The position numbers and the translations under genes are program-made. Below the pieces are notes generated by a model. The model worked only from the letters and a program-made list of their open reading frames with translations. It searched no databases and had not been told where the DNA came from. A DNA stretch of 63,799 bases, filler included, from Candidatus Fermentibacterota bacterium (GTDB lineage: Bacteria > JAFGKV01): NCBI GenBank assembly GCA_016928395.1. It is 5 parts of 5 records of this genome, joined end to end, with 100 filler letters (N's around TTAATTAATTAA, not from the genome) between each part and the next. Parts side by side here need not be neighbours in the genome. Positions count along the whole stretch, not along the records: positions 28,638 to 49,910 come from JAFGKV010000158.1; 4 more parts are not named here. The stretch is one strand, 5' to 3'. Shown one piece after another: positions 37,996 through 46,763 of the stretch. Positions within the stretch are counted from its first letter, which is position 1. Each line of letters starts with the position of its first letter.

Positions 37996-39792
37996 GTGAA
38001 AACGATACGAGCCTTTGTCTGTCTACTGTGCCTACTCGTGGCAGCGTGCCATACTGACACTGCCAAACCTTCCGTCTGGAGCACGGAGATTGCCCACCTC
38101 CCGGGAGTCTGGAGGGTTGTGCCCCGGCCGCGGAGACCTCACGTGGTGTGGTCGGAGATGGCGAGGGCTCGCGATCCGTCCGCGGCCACGTGGCGGCAGA
38201 GACCCGCATGCCGCGGTGATGAGGCCATTGTCTTTTCCTGGGGTCTTCGGGGAGGCGCGACGATTCACGGCACTCTTGCGGGACGAGGGCTCACAAACGC
38301 CAAGGTAATGGTGCGTCTCATCGGCAGGGGCGAGGATGAATTCTGGCCTCTCTGGGTGTGGCGGCCTGAAGCGGAAGAAAGCAGGGCAACCTTCACCGCG
38401 TCGGTACCCCAGGGCGGCCGGTGGGTCGGTGGGGTGATTACGATAAGCTGTCAGAATCCGGCGGACGCGTCCATTGAGGTAGCACGTCTGTCCATAGAGG
38501 AAGTCCGCCCTCCACAACCACGCCCCAACCTGATCTTGGTGACACTGGATACCTTCAGGGCCGACCACCTGTCCTGCATGAACCATGAGTCGGCGCCAAC
38601 GCCAACGCTCGACTCCTTGGCTTCTGCCGGCGCTTTGTTCGAGCAGGCGGTGTCTACAAGCCAATGCACCGGTCCATCCCATGCCAGCATGCTGACCGGG
38701 CTGTACTGCTTCGCTCACGGGGTATACCGGAATGAAGACGGGCTTTCTCCAGACGCGACCACCCTGGCGGAAGTGCTGTCATCGGAAGGCTACCGAACGG
38801 TGGGCGCAGTCAGCATCGCCCACCTCAACCCCGCAACGAGCAATCTGGGTCAAGGGTTCGATGTCTTCCTCGAAAGCCAATGGCCACGGCTTGGTGGCGA
38901 ACCGGCTGATGTTCGGACCGCCGAAGTGCTGCGGACCCTGCAGTGTGCGTCCGCTGATGACTCTCCATTGTTCATGTGGCTTCACTACTTCGATCCCCAT
39001 ACTCCCTATACGCCCCCGGATGAATACACGCACGGTTGCCCCCGAAAGGTCATGCCGGACGTTCGATATCTTCGAGGCATGGGGAGCGTAGCCTACGATC
39101 CTGCACGCGGACTGGTCAACGATCCCGCAGGAGAAGTGGAACGCTATTGCGGAGAGATCCTGTTCCTCGACCACCACCTGGGCGAGCTGTTCGCCGGCCT
39201 GCGTGTGCTGGGCATTCTGGAACATGCTGTGGTGATTGTCATGGCCGACCACGGAGAGGGTCTGGGCGAACACGGAATATACTTCGAACACGCGGGCATG
39301 TTCCAGGAGGTCCTCCATGTGCCGCTGATCATCAGTGGAGCGGGCGTCGCCGCCGGTGGGCGTGTTTCGGTCAGGGCCAGCGGCGTGGATGTCTTTCCAA
39401 CGATGCTGGCTCGGGCGCGTAGTAAGAGCATGCCTCAGAACTACGGACGAGACGTGCTCCCGCTCACGACCGGCACGCGAAGGAGTCACCATGCGGTGAT
39501 TTTCGCTGAGTCGGTAAACAGGGCGATCTGCGCAGCATGGAAAGGCGACGGGAAGCTGGTGTGGATACCTGATGACAAACCGCAAGACTGGAGCGTACCC
39601 GAACGCATCATGTGGTTTGACATCGCACAGGACCCGTCCGAGGTGAACAACCTCATTGCTGCGCACTCAAATCAGGCGCAACGACTCAAGGACGAATTCG
39701 ACAAAGCGGCGGCTCGGCCGGTGGTGTCCTTGAGAGCCCATCAAGGCTCAGCGGATACGGATCGGCTTCGGGCGTTGGGCTATGTGGAGTAG
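37996..39792 (+). CDS. Sulfatase-like (AlkP superfamily) lipoprotein, Thr at the nucleophile position
   Basis: Lipobox VAAC; LDTFRADH, TGPSHASMLTG, DPHTPY and ADHGE; C-terminal LRALGYV. Confidence 0.87.
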   Translation: MKTIRAFVCLLCLLVAACHTDTAKPSVWSTEIAHLPGVWRVVPRPRRPHVVWSEMARARDPSAATWRQRPACRGDEAIVFSWGLRGGATIHGTLAGRGLTNAKVMVRLIGRGEDEFWPLWVWRPEAEESRATFTASVPQGGRWVGGVITISCQNPADASIEVARLSIEEVRPPQPRPNLILVTLDTFRADHLSCMNHESAPTPTLDSLASAGALFEQAVSTSQCTGPSHASMLTGLYCFAHGVYRNEDGLSPDATTLAEVLSSEGYRTVGAVSIAHLNPATSNLGQGFDVFLESQWPRLGGEPADVRTAEVLRTLQCASADDSPLFMWLHYFDPHTPYTPPDEYTHGCPRKVMPDVRYLRGMGSVAYDPARGLVNDPAGEVERYCGEILFLDHHLGELFAGLRVLGILEHAVVIVMADHGEGLGEHGIYFEHAGMFQEVLHVPLIISGAGVAAGGRVSVRASGVDVFPTMLARARSKSMPQNYGRDVLPLTTGTRRSHHAVIFAESVNRAICAAWKGDGKLVWIPDDKPQDWSVPERIMWFDIAQDPSEVNNLIAAHSNQAQRLKDEFDKAAARPVVSLRAHQGSADTDRLRALGYVE

Positions 39793-39907
39793 GGGAGAGG
39801 GTGTCCGCAAGAACGCGGGGTTCGGATGTCAGTCGTGGGTGCCCGTTCTTTCCCCATACCCCGGGGAAGAATTCTCGCGCGATTCAATGCAATCGAGACA
39901 CGCTATT

Positions 39908-40441
39908 CTAGAGAACGGTTACGGAGACCCGGAGGGGCTTGACACCCTTCGATTCAAACCACGCCACCTTTTCCTCGATCATGTCCCACACCAGTCGGTA
40001 TCTGCCCGGGGTCGCGGGAGCCTTTACTCGGCATTGGAAGAACACTGCTGCTTCCGGTGGGGTGTCCTTTCTCAGCAATGCGCGCCCCTCTTCGCCTCGT
40101 AGTCTCTTGTTCTCCTCATTTGTCCAGTAGAATCCCAACTTGGTCGGACCTTCGGTGGACCACGCACGGTCGCTGGTGTTCCGCACCTTGACCAAGACTG
40201 TTACGGTGGAATCGGCGAACATCTCGTGAGGAGTTGCGTGTTCGACAATCGAATAGGAGTAGGCCGCAGTCTTTGCCTCGGGGGGACGCGGTCGTGCGAC
40301 CATCGAGTCTCTCGTGGTGGCTTCCTGCCCGGCCGGCTGCTCCTTCACGAGGACCTGTCGTTCCATGGGAGCCTCGGTGCGAGGTTTCGAGCATGCGCCG
40401 ATGACCAAGAACGTGCAGAGTACCGCTACGCAATCCTTCAT
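39908..40441 (-). CDS. Lipoprotein with an NBR1-Ig-like domain
   Basis: Lipobox IGAC; V.V.VRN....W...APATPGRYRL.WDM.....WF pattern. Confidence 0.7.
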   Translation of the reverse strand: MKDCVAVLCTFLVIGACSKPRTEAPMERQVLVKEQPAGQEATTRDSMVARPRPPEAKTAAYSYSIVEHATPHEMFADSTVTVLVKVRNTSDRAWSTEGPTKLGFYWTNEENKRLRGEEGRALLRKDTPPEAAVFFQCRVKAPATPGRYRLVWDMIEEKVAWFESKGVKPLRVSVTVL

Positions 40442-40675
40442 CAAGACTCTCCCTTCGTGTCGGTGAAGGCGACTACGCCCATAGAAGACAACCAAGGTAG
40501 GCACCAGGGACTTGGGGATCAAGGCGGGGCTTCAAGATCGAGGGGCAGGCAGGAATGTCGAACCCAAAGATGTACCCCAGATCCCATCGAACCCGTCGGG
40601 AGACCGCTCTGTTGCGGAGACCGCTCCGTTCGCACATCTTCCGTGGATTGATCCCTCGCATTCTGGAGGAACTCC

Positions 40676-42295
40676 GTGATTCTCAGCCTGCTCCGGGCCA
40701 CCATGCTCGGTTTCACAATGACGCTGCTCGCAGTGTCATCCCCGTCTGATCCGTCCCTGAGGGAACGGCTTCGAGACTTCTCTTCCATTCTCAGGATGAT
40801 ACGGGACGACTATGTCGACAGCGTGGACACACATCGTCTCATTCTTCACAGCATCGAGGGCATGCTCAATAACCTCGATCCGCACAGCGATTTCCTGGAT
40901 GCCGACACCTACTCGAAGATGACGGAGGAACACCGGGGGTCCTTCTTCGGGGTCGGAATGACAATCGCTGTCCAGAACGGCAAACTGACCGTCATATCAC
41001 CCATTGAGGGGACACCCGCAGCCCGTGCAGGGATCTTGACGGGTGATCATGTCGCCGCGATTGACGGCACACGCACTGAGGGCATCACTTCGGATCGGGC
41101 CGCAGAGCTTATCAGGGGGCCCAAAGGATCTCGCGTCACCATGACCGTCCGCAGGGAAGGCGTCGATCAGGATATGACATTTGAGCTCGTGCGTGACGAG
41201 ATACCCATTTCCAGCGTTCCCTATGCGTTTTTTTTGGACGAAGGCATCGCCTACATCAGGCTGGCGCGATTCGCGAAGAACACTGCTGCTGAAATGGACG
41301 AAGCCCGGCAACGACTACTGGCTCGGGGGGAGATTACGGGGGTCATACTCGACTTGCGCGGTAACTCGGGGGGACTACTCTCCTCCGCCGTTGAAGTGTC
41401 TGATCGTTTCCTCGAAGGAGGGCGGCTCGTCGTCTATACCTCAGGTCGTATTCCCCGCAGCAATCAGAAGGAGATTGCCACGGGTTCGCGGACATGGCCG
41501 GCTGAGCCTCTGGTGGTAGTGGTCGATCGAGGGAGCGCCAGCGCCTCAGAGATAGTGGCAGGCGCCGTACAGGATTGGGATCGCGGCATCGTGGTAGGTC
41601 GAACCACGTTCGGCAAGGGGTTAGTTCAGAATGTCTACGAGCTGGCCGAAGGCAATGCGCTGAAACTGACGACTGCCCGTTACTATACGCCCAGCGGACG
41701 AAGCATTCAGCGGGAGTACAACGGCACCCGACTTGACTACTATCGGCGGGCCGGGCACGCAGAGGAGGACTCGCTGCTTCCAGTCACCCGTAGCCACGGC
41801 GGGCGACTATTGCGGGGAGGAGGAGGGATTGTCCCGGATGTGATCCTGCCGGAACCGCGCCGGCTCTCCCGTTTGGAAGTTGAAGCCCAGCGACGAGGGA
41901 TAGTCTTCGAGGAAGCTTCTCACCACTTGGCCCGCACTCCCGGGATGCGTGACGAGTTCGGGACTTTTGAGGAGTTCGATGCTATCTTCAGTCCTTCCGA
42001 GGGTCTGGAGGACTCGTTGAAGGCCTCGTTCGAGCGTGCAGAGGTATTGATAGACCAGGTTGAGTGGGATGCCGCCCGAACCGCGCTGCTCCAAGCGCTC
42101 AAGGCTGAGATCGCCGGACATTTGTGGAGTCCTTCGGAACGATTTCGAGTCTTGATTCGGGATGACGACGACCTCCTGGCCGCTATGGAGCGTATCGACG
42201 ACGCCCGTACACTGCTGGAGGGCGTTTTGCTGCCCGGTCGCCCCGACTCGGTCCAGTGGCCCGGAGAACGTCTTGACATGCCGCAGGCAGGCTGA
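40676..42295 (+). CDS. ctpA: Carboxyl-terminal processing protease (S41, PDZ)
   Basis: LDPHS, PDZ domain, DLRGNSGG, SASASEIVAGA, TFGKG and YYTPSGRSI. Confidence 0.95.
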   Translation: MILSLLRATMLGFTMTLLAVSSPSDPSLRERLRDFSSILRMIRDDYVDSVDTHRLILHSIEGMLNNLDPHSDFLDADTYSKMTEEHRGSFFGVGMTIAVQNGKLTVISPIEGTPAARAGILTGDHVAAIDGTRTEGITSDRAAELIRGPKGSRVTMTVRREGVDQDMTFELVRDEIPISSVPYAFFLDEGIAYIRLARFAKNTAAEMDEARQRLLARGEITGVILDLRGNSGGLLSSAVEVSDRFLEGGRLVVYTSGRIPRSNQKEIATGSRTWPAEPLVVVVDRGSASASEIVAGAVQDWDRGIVVGRTTFGKGLVQNVYELAEGNALKLTTARYYTPSGRSIQREYNGTRLDYYRRAGHAEEDSLLPVTRSHGGRLLRGGGGIVPDVILPEPRRLSRLEVEAQRRGIVFEEASHHLARTPGMRDEFGTFEEFDAIFSPSEGLEDSLKASFERAEVLIDQVEWDAARTALLQALKAEIAGHLWSPSERFRVLIRDDDDLLAAMERIDDARTLLEGVLLPGRPDSVQWPGERLDMPQAG

Positions 42296-42366
42296 TAACT
42301 ACGTGTTCGAGTGTTCCGTGACTGGCATTGCCAGGCGAACCTTTCCTACATGACCGGAGGTGATCC

Positions 42367-43359
42367 ATGGTTCGTGTGCTGGTGACTCTCGTGCTGCTCG
42401 TGAGTGGGGCAGCCGCAACTACAATCCAGGACGTTCAGACGAATCCCGGCCTCGTTGGCACGATCGTCACCGTGGAAGGCGTGGTGACAGTGCCCAATTC
42501 CGTGTATTCGTCAGCGCCCAACAAGATTGCCGTAATTCAGGACGGTACAGGTTCCTGGAGCGGCATTATGATCTACTGCAATGCCGGCTTACCCACCGTC
42601 AATCTAGGCGAACGGCTGGAGGTAACGGGGACGGTAGCCGAGTATTACGACCGCACCGAGCTAGACCTTGCCGATCCGAGCGATGTGACGGTTCTGGGGT
42701 ATGAGGGCGTGCCTCCTGTAACCTGGATCACCGCCCACGACATCTCTGACGCGAATCCCAGCGTCGCAGAGGGATACGAAGGCGTTCTGGTAGGCATCGA
42801 GAACTTCACCGTGGCGGAGATTGGGCCATACGAATACACTGCCCAGGATGGCAGCGGTTCATGTCTGATCGGATGGTGGTCGGTTGAGTGGAGCGAGTGT
42901 CCGGTCAATCTCGGCGACATGTACTCCTCAGTCGTGGGTACGGCGGATTACTCATACAGCGCGTACAAGCTGCAGCCCCGTTTCTCCAGCGATTACAACT
43001 TTCCGGTTCCCGTGGAGTTCGCGACCCTCAGCGCTCAGTCTCGCGGCACCGAAGTGGTCATCCGCTGGAGCACTATCACGGAGTCCGACAACTTCGGATT
43101 CAACGTACTCAGGAGCGAAGCCGTCAGCGGTCCGTTTGCCCGCGTGAATGAACAGCTTCTCCCCGGCGCAGGTACTACCATGGTGCCCCAGGTCTATCTG
43201 TTTGCCGATCGGCATGTAACACCAGGTGTGACCTACTTCTACATGGTTCAGGACATCGCCACCGACGGCGCGACCCAGGATCATGGACCTGTCTCGTGTA
43301 CGTTCACGCCCCAGTCCACATCGTCGTGGGGTGCTATCAAGGCGCAATTCGCGGATTGA
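42367..43359 (+). CDS. Secreted OB-fold protein with a PVEF... Ig-like domain and a C-terminal SWGAIKA motif
   Basis: Signal peptide; VTVEGVVT, IQDG.G.WSGI, E.YEG.LV and PR...D; PVEF...W.T.TE.DN.GFN. Confidence 0.72.
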   Translation: MVRVLVTLVLLVSGAAATTIQDVQTNPGLVGTIVTVEGVVTVPNSVYSSAPNKIAVIQDGTGSWSGIMIYCNAGLPTVNLGERLEVTGTVAEYYDRTELDLADPSDVTVLGYEGVPPVTWITAHDISDANPSVAEGYEGVLVGIENFTVAEIGPYEYTAQDGSGSCLIGWWSVEWSECPVNLGDMYSSVVGTADYSYSAYKLQPRFSSDYNFPVPVEFATLSAQSRGTEVVIRWSTITESDNFGFNVLRSEAVSGPFARVNEQLLPGAGTTMVPQVYLFADRHVTPGVTYFYMVQDIATDGATQDHGPVSCTFTPQSTSSWGAIKAQFAD

Positions 43360-43373
43360 TTTTGCGTGAGTGA

Positions 43374-43402
43374 GCAGGCGGCCCGCATGCGGGGCCGCCT
43401 GC
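43374..43402 (+). terminator. Intergenic GC hairpin
   Basis: 11-bp stem GCAGGCGGCCC/GGGCCGCCTGC; no U-tract. Confidence 0.4.
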
Positions 43403-43457
43403 GTGCGTCACCCCCCGAGCCCGTCACCCGGCCTTTCCCTCGAATAAGGAGTTCCCC

Positions 43458-45878
43458 ATGGCGAGGATTCTGTGGTCCCTGGCGGTAGTCCTGCTGGCGG
43501 CCGTCCCGAGTCAAGCCATTGACATCGGTGATCTGCATACAAACAACTCCCAAGGTCAGACGCTCTGGAACGGAAGCATCGTCACCGTCTCCGGAGTGAT
43601 AACCGTCGGAGTTGGAACCTTCTCAACCACCTACACGGACGCCTATGTTCAGGATGTCACTGGTGGTATCATGGTCTACCATCCCGCCATTCCCGTGAAC
43701 TTCGCCTTGGGCGACAGCGTGACCTTGACGGGCGAGATTCAGCAGTACAGGGGCATGCTCGAACTCGTGCCGGACAGTGCCCAGGTAGAGTTGCATGCCT
43801 CCAATGTGCTCGTTCCCGATACGACTGTAGTGACCTGTCTGGGGGTGACCCAGACGTTCCAGCCCGACTACAGCGAGCCGAATGAAGGCAGGCTGGTACT
43901 GATCGAGAATGTGACCTACTCGGGCATATGGCCGTCGCCGGGCAACTCCGGCGGTGTCACCATCAACGACGGTACCGGAAGCTGTGTGCTCTATATAGAC
44001 CGTGATACGGATTTGGACGAGATGACCCCTCCCGCGGGTACTTTCTCCGTTGTCGGCGTCATCAAGCAGTACGGAGGGTTCAACCCGCCATGGACTGGCG
44101 ACTACGAGGTGCTTGCTCGTTACAGCCAGGATATCATCTTTCCCAATGCACCAAGGATTCTGACAGGCCCCGTTGAAACAGCTATTCAACCGACTTCCGT
44201 GACTGTTGTCTGGACAACAGACGTGCCGTCCAGCAGTGTCGTGGAGTATGGGCTCACCACGACGTACGGAACCACCGTGACCGATGCAACCCTGGTGACG
44301 GATCATGCGGTCGATTTGACCGGTTTGACTCCCGGCACCATCTATCATTTCAGGGTGAAATCGGCAGATGCCAATGGAACTACGGTGAGCGGCGACCGAG
44401 TGTTCTCGTCGGGATCTGCGGCCGGCTCCACCGGAGAGATGCAGGTCTACTTCAATAAGAGTGTCGAAACAGCCTACTCCACCGGTGTCCCCGCCCAGAC
44501 CGTGGCAGACCTTTCATCAGTGGTGGTGCCGAGGCTCGATGCGGCGACCCACACCATCGATGCGTGTCTCTACAGCTTCAGTCTGATCAATGTGCGGGAT
44601 GCCCTGATCGCGGCGCACAACCGGGGTGTGCTCGTCCGCTTCATCTACGAGACGGAGAATTACTCATCATACATCGGCAACCTCATATCGGCCGGCATTC
44701 CCTGTATTGCGGATGACTACGGTTCTAACGATGGCGCAGGCATCATGCACAACAAGTTCTTTGTCATCGACGCCGATGCCAGGGGCGAGGCAGACCCGGC
44801 CAATGACTGGGTTCTGACCGGAAGCTGGAACGCAACCATCTCCGGCAACAACCCGGGGCAGAATCATCAGAACATGGTGTTCATTCAGGACCAGGCCCTG
44901 GCGGGCACCTATACCCGGGAGTTCGAGGAGATGTGGGGATCCACCACCATGACTCCTTCTCCGGTGAACTCCCGTTTTGGCGCCAACAAGACGAACAACA
45001 CGCCGCATCGCTTCGTCATCAACGGGATCGGTGTGGAGTCGTACATGAGCCCTTCGGATGCCGTATCCCAGATGATGGCGGACGCCATTCTCGCTGCGCA
45101 GAAATCCTGCTTCTTCGCCCTTATGTCGTTTACCCGCTGGACGCAACATGATGCACTGCAGTACCAGTGGTACAATGCAGCGCCTTGTTTCCAACTCCGC
45201 GGGGTGTTCGACAGCGCACAAGGCGGCCCTACCAGCGGCAGCAGATATCACGACATGATCGCAGACGCGTATGCCGTCGATCCGTGGGATCCCCCTGCTG
45301 ACGACATTCAGCTTGATGCCGAGGGCGGAACTCTCCATCACAAGTATGCGATTCTAGACGCCAATGACACGGCGGGCAATCCGACGGTCATCACAGGTTC
45401 GCACAACTGGTCCAGTGCCGCAGAGACGATCAATGATGAGAACACCCTGTTGATCCATTCGCCGTTGATCGCCAATCTCTACCTCCAAGAGTTCGCGGCC
45501 CGCTATCACGCCGCCGGTGGGGTTCAGCCATTGGTTCCGGTGGATGACCTGGCGGTGACCCTGAACGCGCAAGGGTCGGATCTGGTGATGACGTGGGATC
45601 CTGTTGCCTGCGGGTACAGCTATGCGCTGTATCGTTTTACCACCGCCCATGGAGATACGACCGGAGCCACGCCACACGCGATCATTCCCATGCAGCCGAC
45701 GACCTACACCGATGTCGGAGCTCTGGGGAATCCTTCGGTGAACTACTTTTACTACGTGGTGCCGCGGAACATGGGTGGCGATCCGTTCGGGACCGGCGCC
45801 CGTTTCGGCGAGTTCGATTACGGCGCAGACATCCCGGCGAGCATGAGGATTGTTGTGGGAAATGAGCAGTCCCGCTGA
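43458..45878 (+). CDS. Secreted phospholipase D-family (Nuc-like) protein with OB-fold and FN3 domains
   Basis: Two HKD motifs (HNKFFVID, HHKYAILD) with TGSWN/TGSHN; FN3 segment WTTD...VEYG...L.GLTPGT.YHFRV. Confidence 0.85.
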   Translation: MARILWSLAVVLLAAVPSQAIDIGDLHTNNSQGQTLWNGSIVTVSGVITVGVGTFSTTYTDAYVQDVTGGIMVYHPAIPVNFALGDSVTLTGEIQQYRGMLELVPDSAQVELHASNVLVPDTTVVTCLGVTQTFQPDYSEPNEGRLVLIENVTYSGIWPSPGNSGGVTINDGTGSCVLYIDRDTDLDEMTPPAGTFSVVGVIKQYGGFNPPWTGDYEVLARYSQDIIFPNAPRILTGPVETAIQPTSVTVVWTTDVPSSSVVEYGLTTTYGTTVTDATLVTDHAVDLTGLTPGTIYHFRVKSADANGTTVSGDRVFSSGSAAGSTGEMQVYFNKSVETAYSTGVPAQTVADLSSVVVPRLDAATHTIDACLYSFSLINVRDALIAAHNRGVLVRFIYETENYSSYIGNLISAGIPCIADDYGSNDGAGIMHNKFFVIDADARGEADPANDWVLTGSWNATISGNNPGQNHQNMVFIQDQALAGTYTREFEEMWGSTTMTPSPVNSRFGANKTNNTPHRFVINGIGVESYMSPSDAVSQMMADAILAAQKSCFFALMSFTRWTQHDALQYQWYNAAPCFQLRGVFDSAQGGPTSGSRYHDMIADAYAVDPWDPPADDIQLDAEGGTLHHKYAILDANDTAGNPTVITGSHNWSSAAETINDENTLLIHSPLIANLYLQEFAARYHAAGGVQPLVPVDDLAVTLNAQGSDLVMTWDPVACGYSYALYRFTTAHGDTTGATPHAIIPMQPTTYTDVGALGNPSVNYFYYVVPRNMGGDPFGTGARFGEFDYGADIPASMRIVVGNEQSR

Positions 45879-46413
45879 TTCGGTATGGGAGCGAATCCAA
45901 CTGACGTGCGGTGACATCACCGCATGGCACGGCGACGCCATCGTGAATGCGGCCAATAGGTCGTTGCTGGGCGGTAAAGGAGTGGACGGCGCCATCCACC
46001 GCGCAGCAGGCCCAAGGCTCACGGATGAGTGCCGGGCGATAGGTGGCTGCATGACCGGAGATGCGAAGCGCACGGGGGCCTACGAGCTGCCCGTGCGCTG
46101 GGTCATTCACACGGTCGGCCCTGTCTGGCGAGGCGGCGGCAGGGGAGAGGAGGCGTTACTCTCCCGGTGCCACCGCAGGAGCCTTGAGCTGGCGGCCGAG
46201 GTCGGGGCCCAGACTGTGGCGTTTCCCGCCATCAGCACCGGCGCATATGGGTATCCCGTCGATGAGGCCGCCCGGGGTGCGCTGCCTACCGTTGCCGACT
46301 TCCTGTCCCGTCACCCGATTCCCCAGCACGTGACCTTCATGCTGTTTAGCACTGCGGCTTTGGATGTGTGGCGGCGGGTGTTGGAGGAACTCAAGCAGGA
46401 GTCTATGCCATGA
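45862..46413 (+). CDS. ymdB: Macro-domain O-acetyl-ADP-ribose deacetylase
   Basis: GDIT, AIVNAAN, GGKGVDGAIH, IHTVGP and FPAISTG.YG. Confidence 0.92.
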   Translation: MSSPADSVWERIQLTCGDITAWHGDAIVNAANRSLLGGKGVDGAIHRAAGPRLTDECRAIGGCMTGDAKRTGAYELPVRWVIHTVGPVWRGGGRGEEALLSRCHRRSLELAAEVGAQTVAFPAISTGAYGYPVDEAARGALPTVADFLSRHPIPQHVTFMLFSTAALDVWRRVLEELKQESMP

Positions 46414-46763
46414 TGCGTCGAATGCTTCGCGCGAAGATCCACCGAGTCCGGATAACGGCTACCTATCTGGACTATGAGGGCAGTCTTGGTATTGCCCGCG
46501 AGCTCATGGAAGCCTCAGGCATCCTTCCTTGGGAGGAAGTATACGTCGCCAATGTCACCACAGGTGAGCGATTCACAACCTACGCGTTCGAGACACCTCC
46601 GAAAACAGGAGTTGCACTCTACGGCGCGGCGGCTCGACTCGGTGCGGTGGACGATTTGGCCATCGTCATGACATATGCCGGTGTCGACGACGCCAACGCT
46701 GCGTCACATCGGCCCGTGGTGGTACGGATGGAGGACGACGGGATTACGATGCGAGGGTTGTAG
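46410..46763 (+). CDS. panD: Aspartate 1-decarboxylase (pyruvoyl enzyme)
   Basis: MLRAKIHR, YEG/S cleavage site, GERFTTY and GAAAR. Confidence 0.93.
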   Translation: MMRRMLRAKIHRVRITATYLDYEGSLGIARELMEASGILPWEEVYVANVTTGERFTTYAFETPPKTGVALYGAAARLGAVDDLAIVMTYAGVDDANAASHRPVVVRMEDDGITMRGL

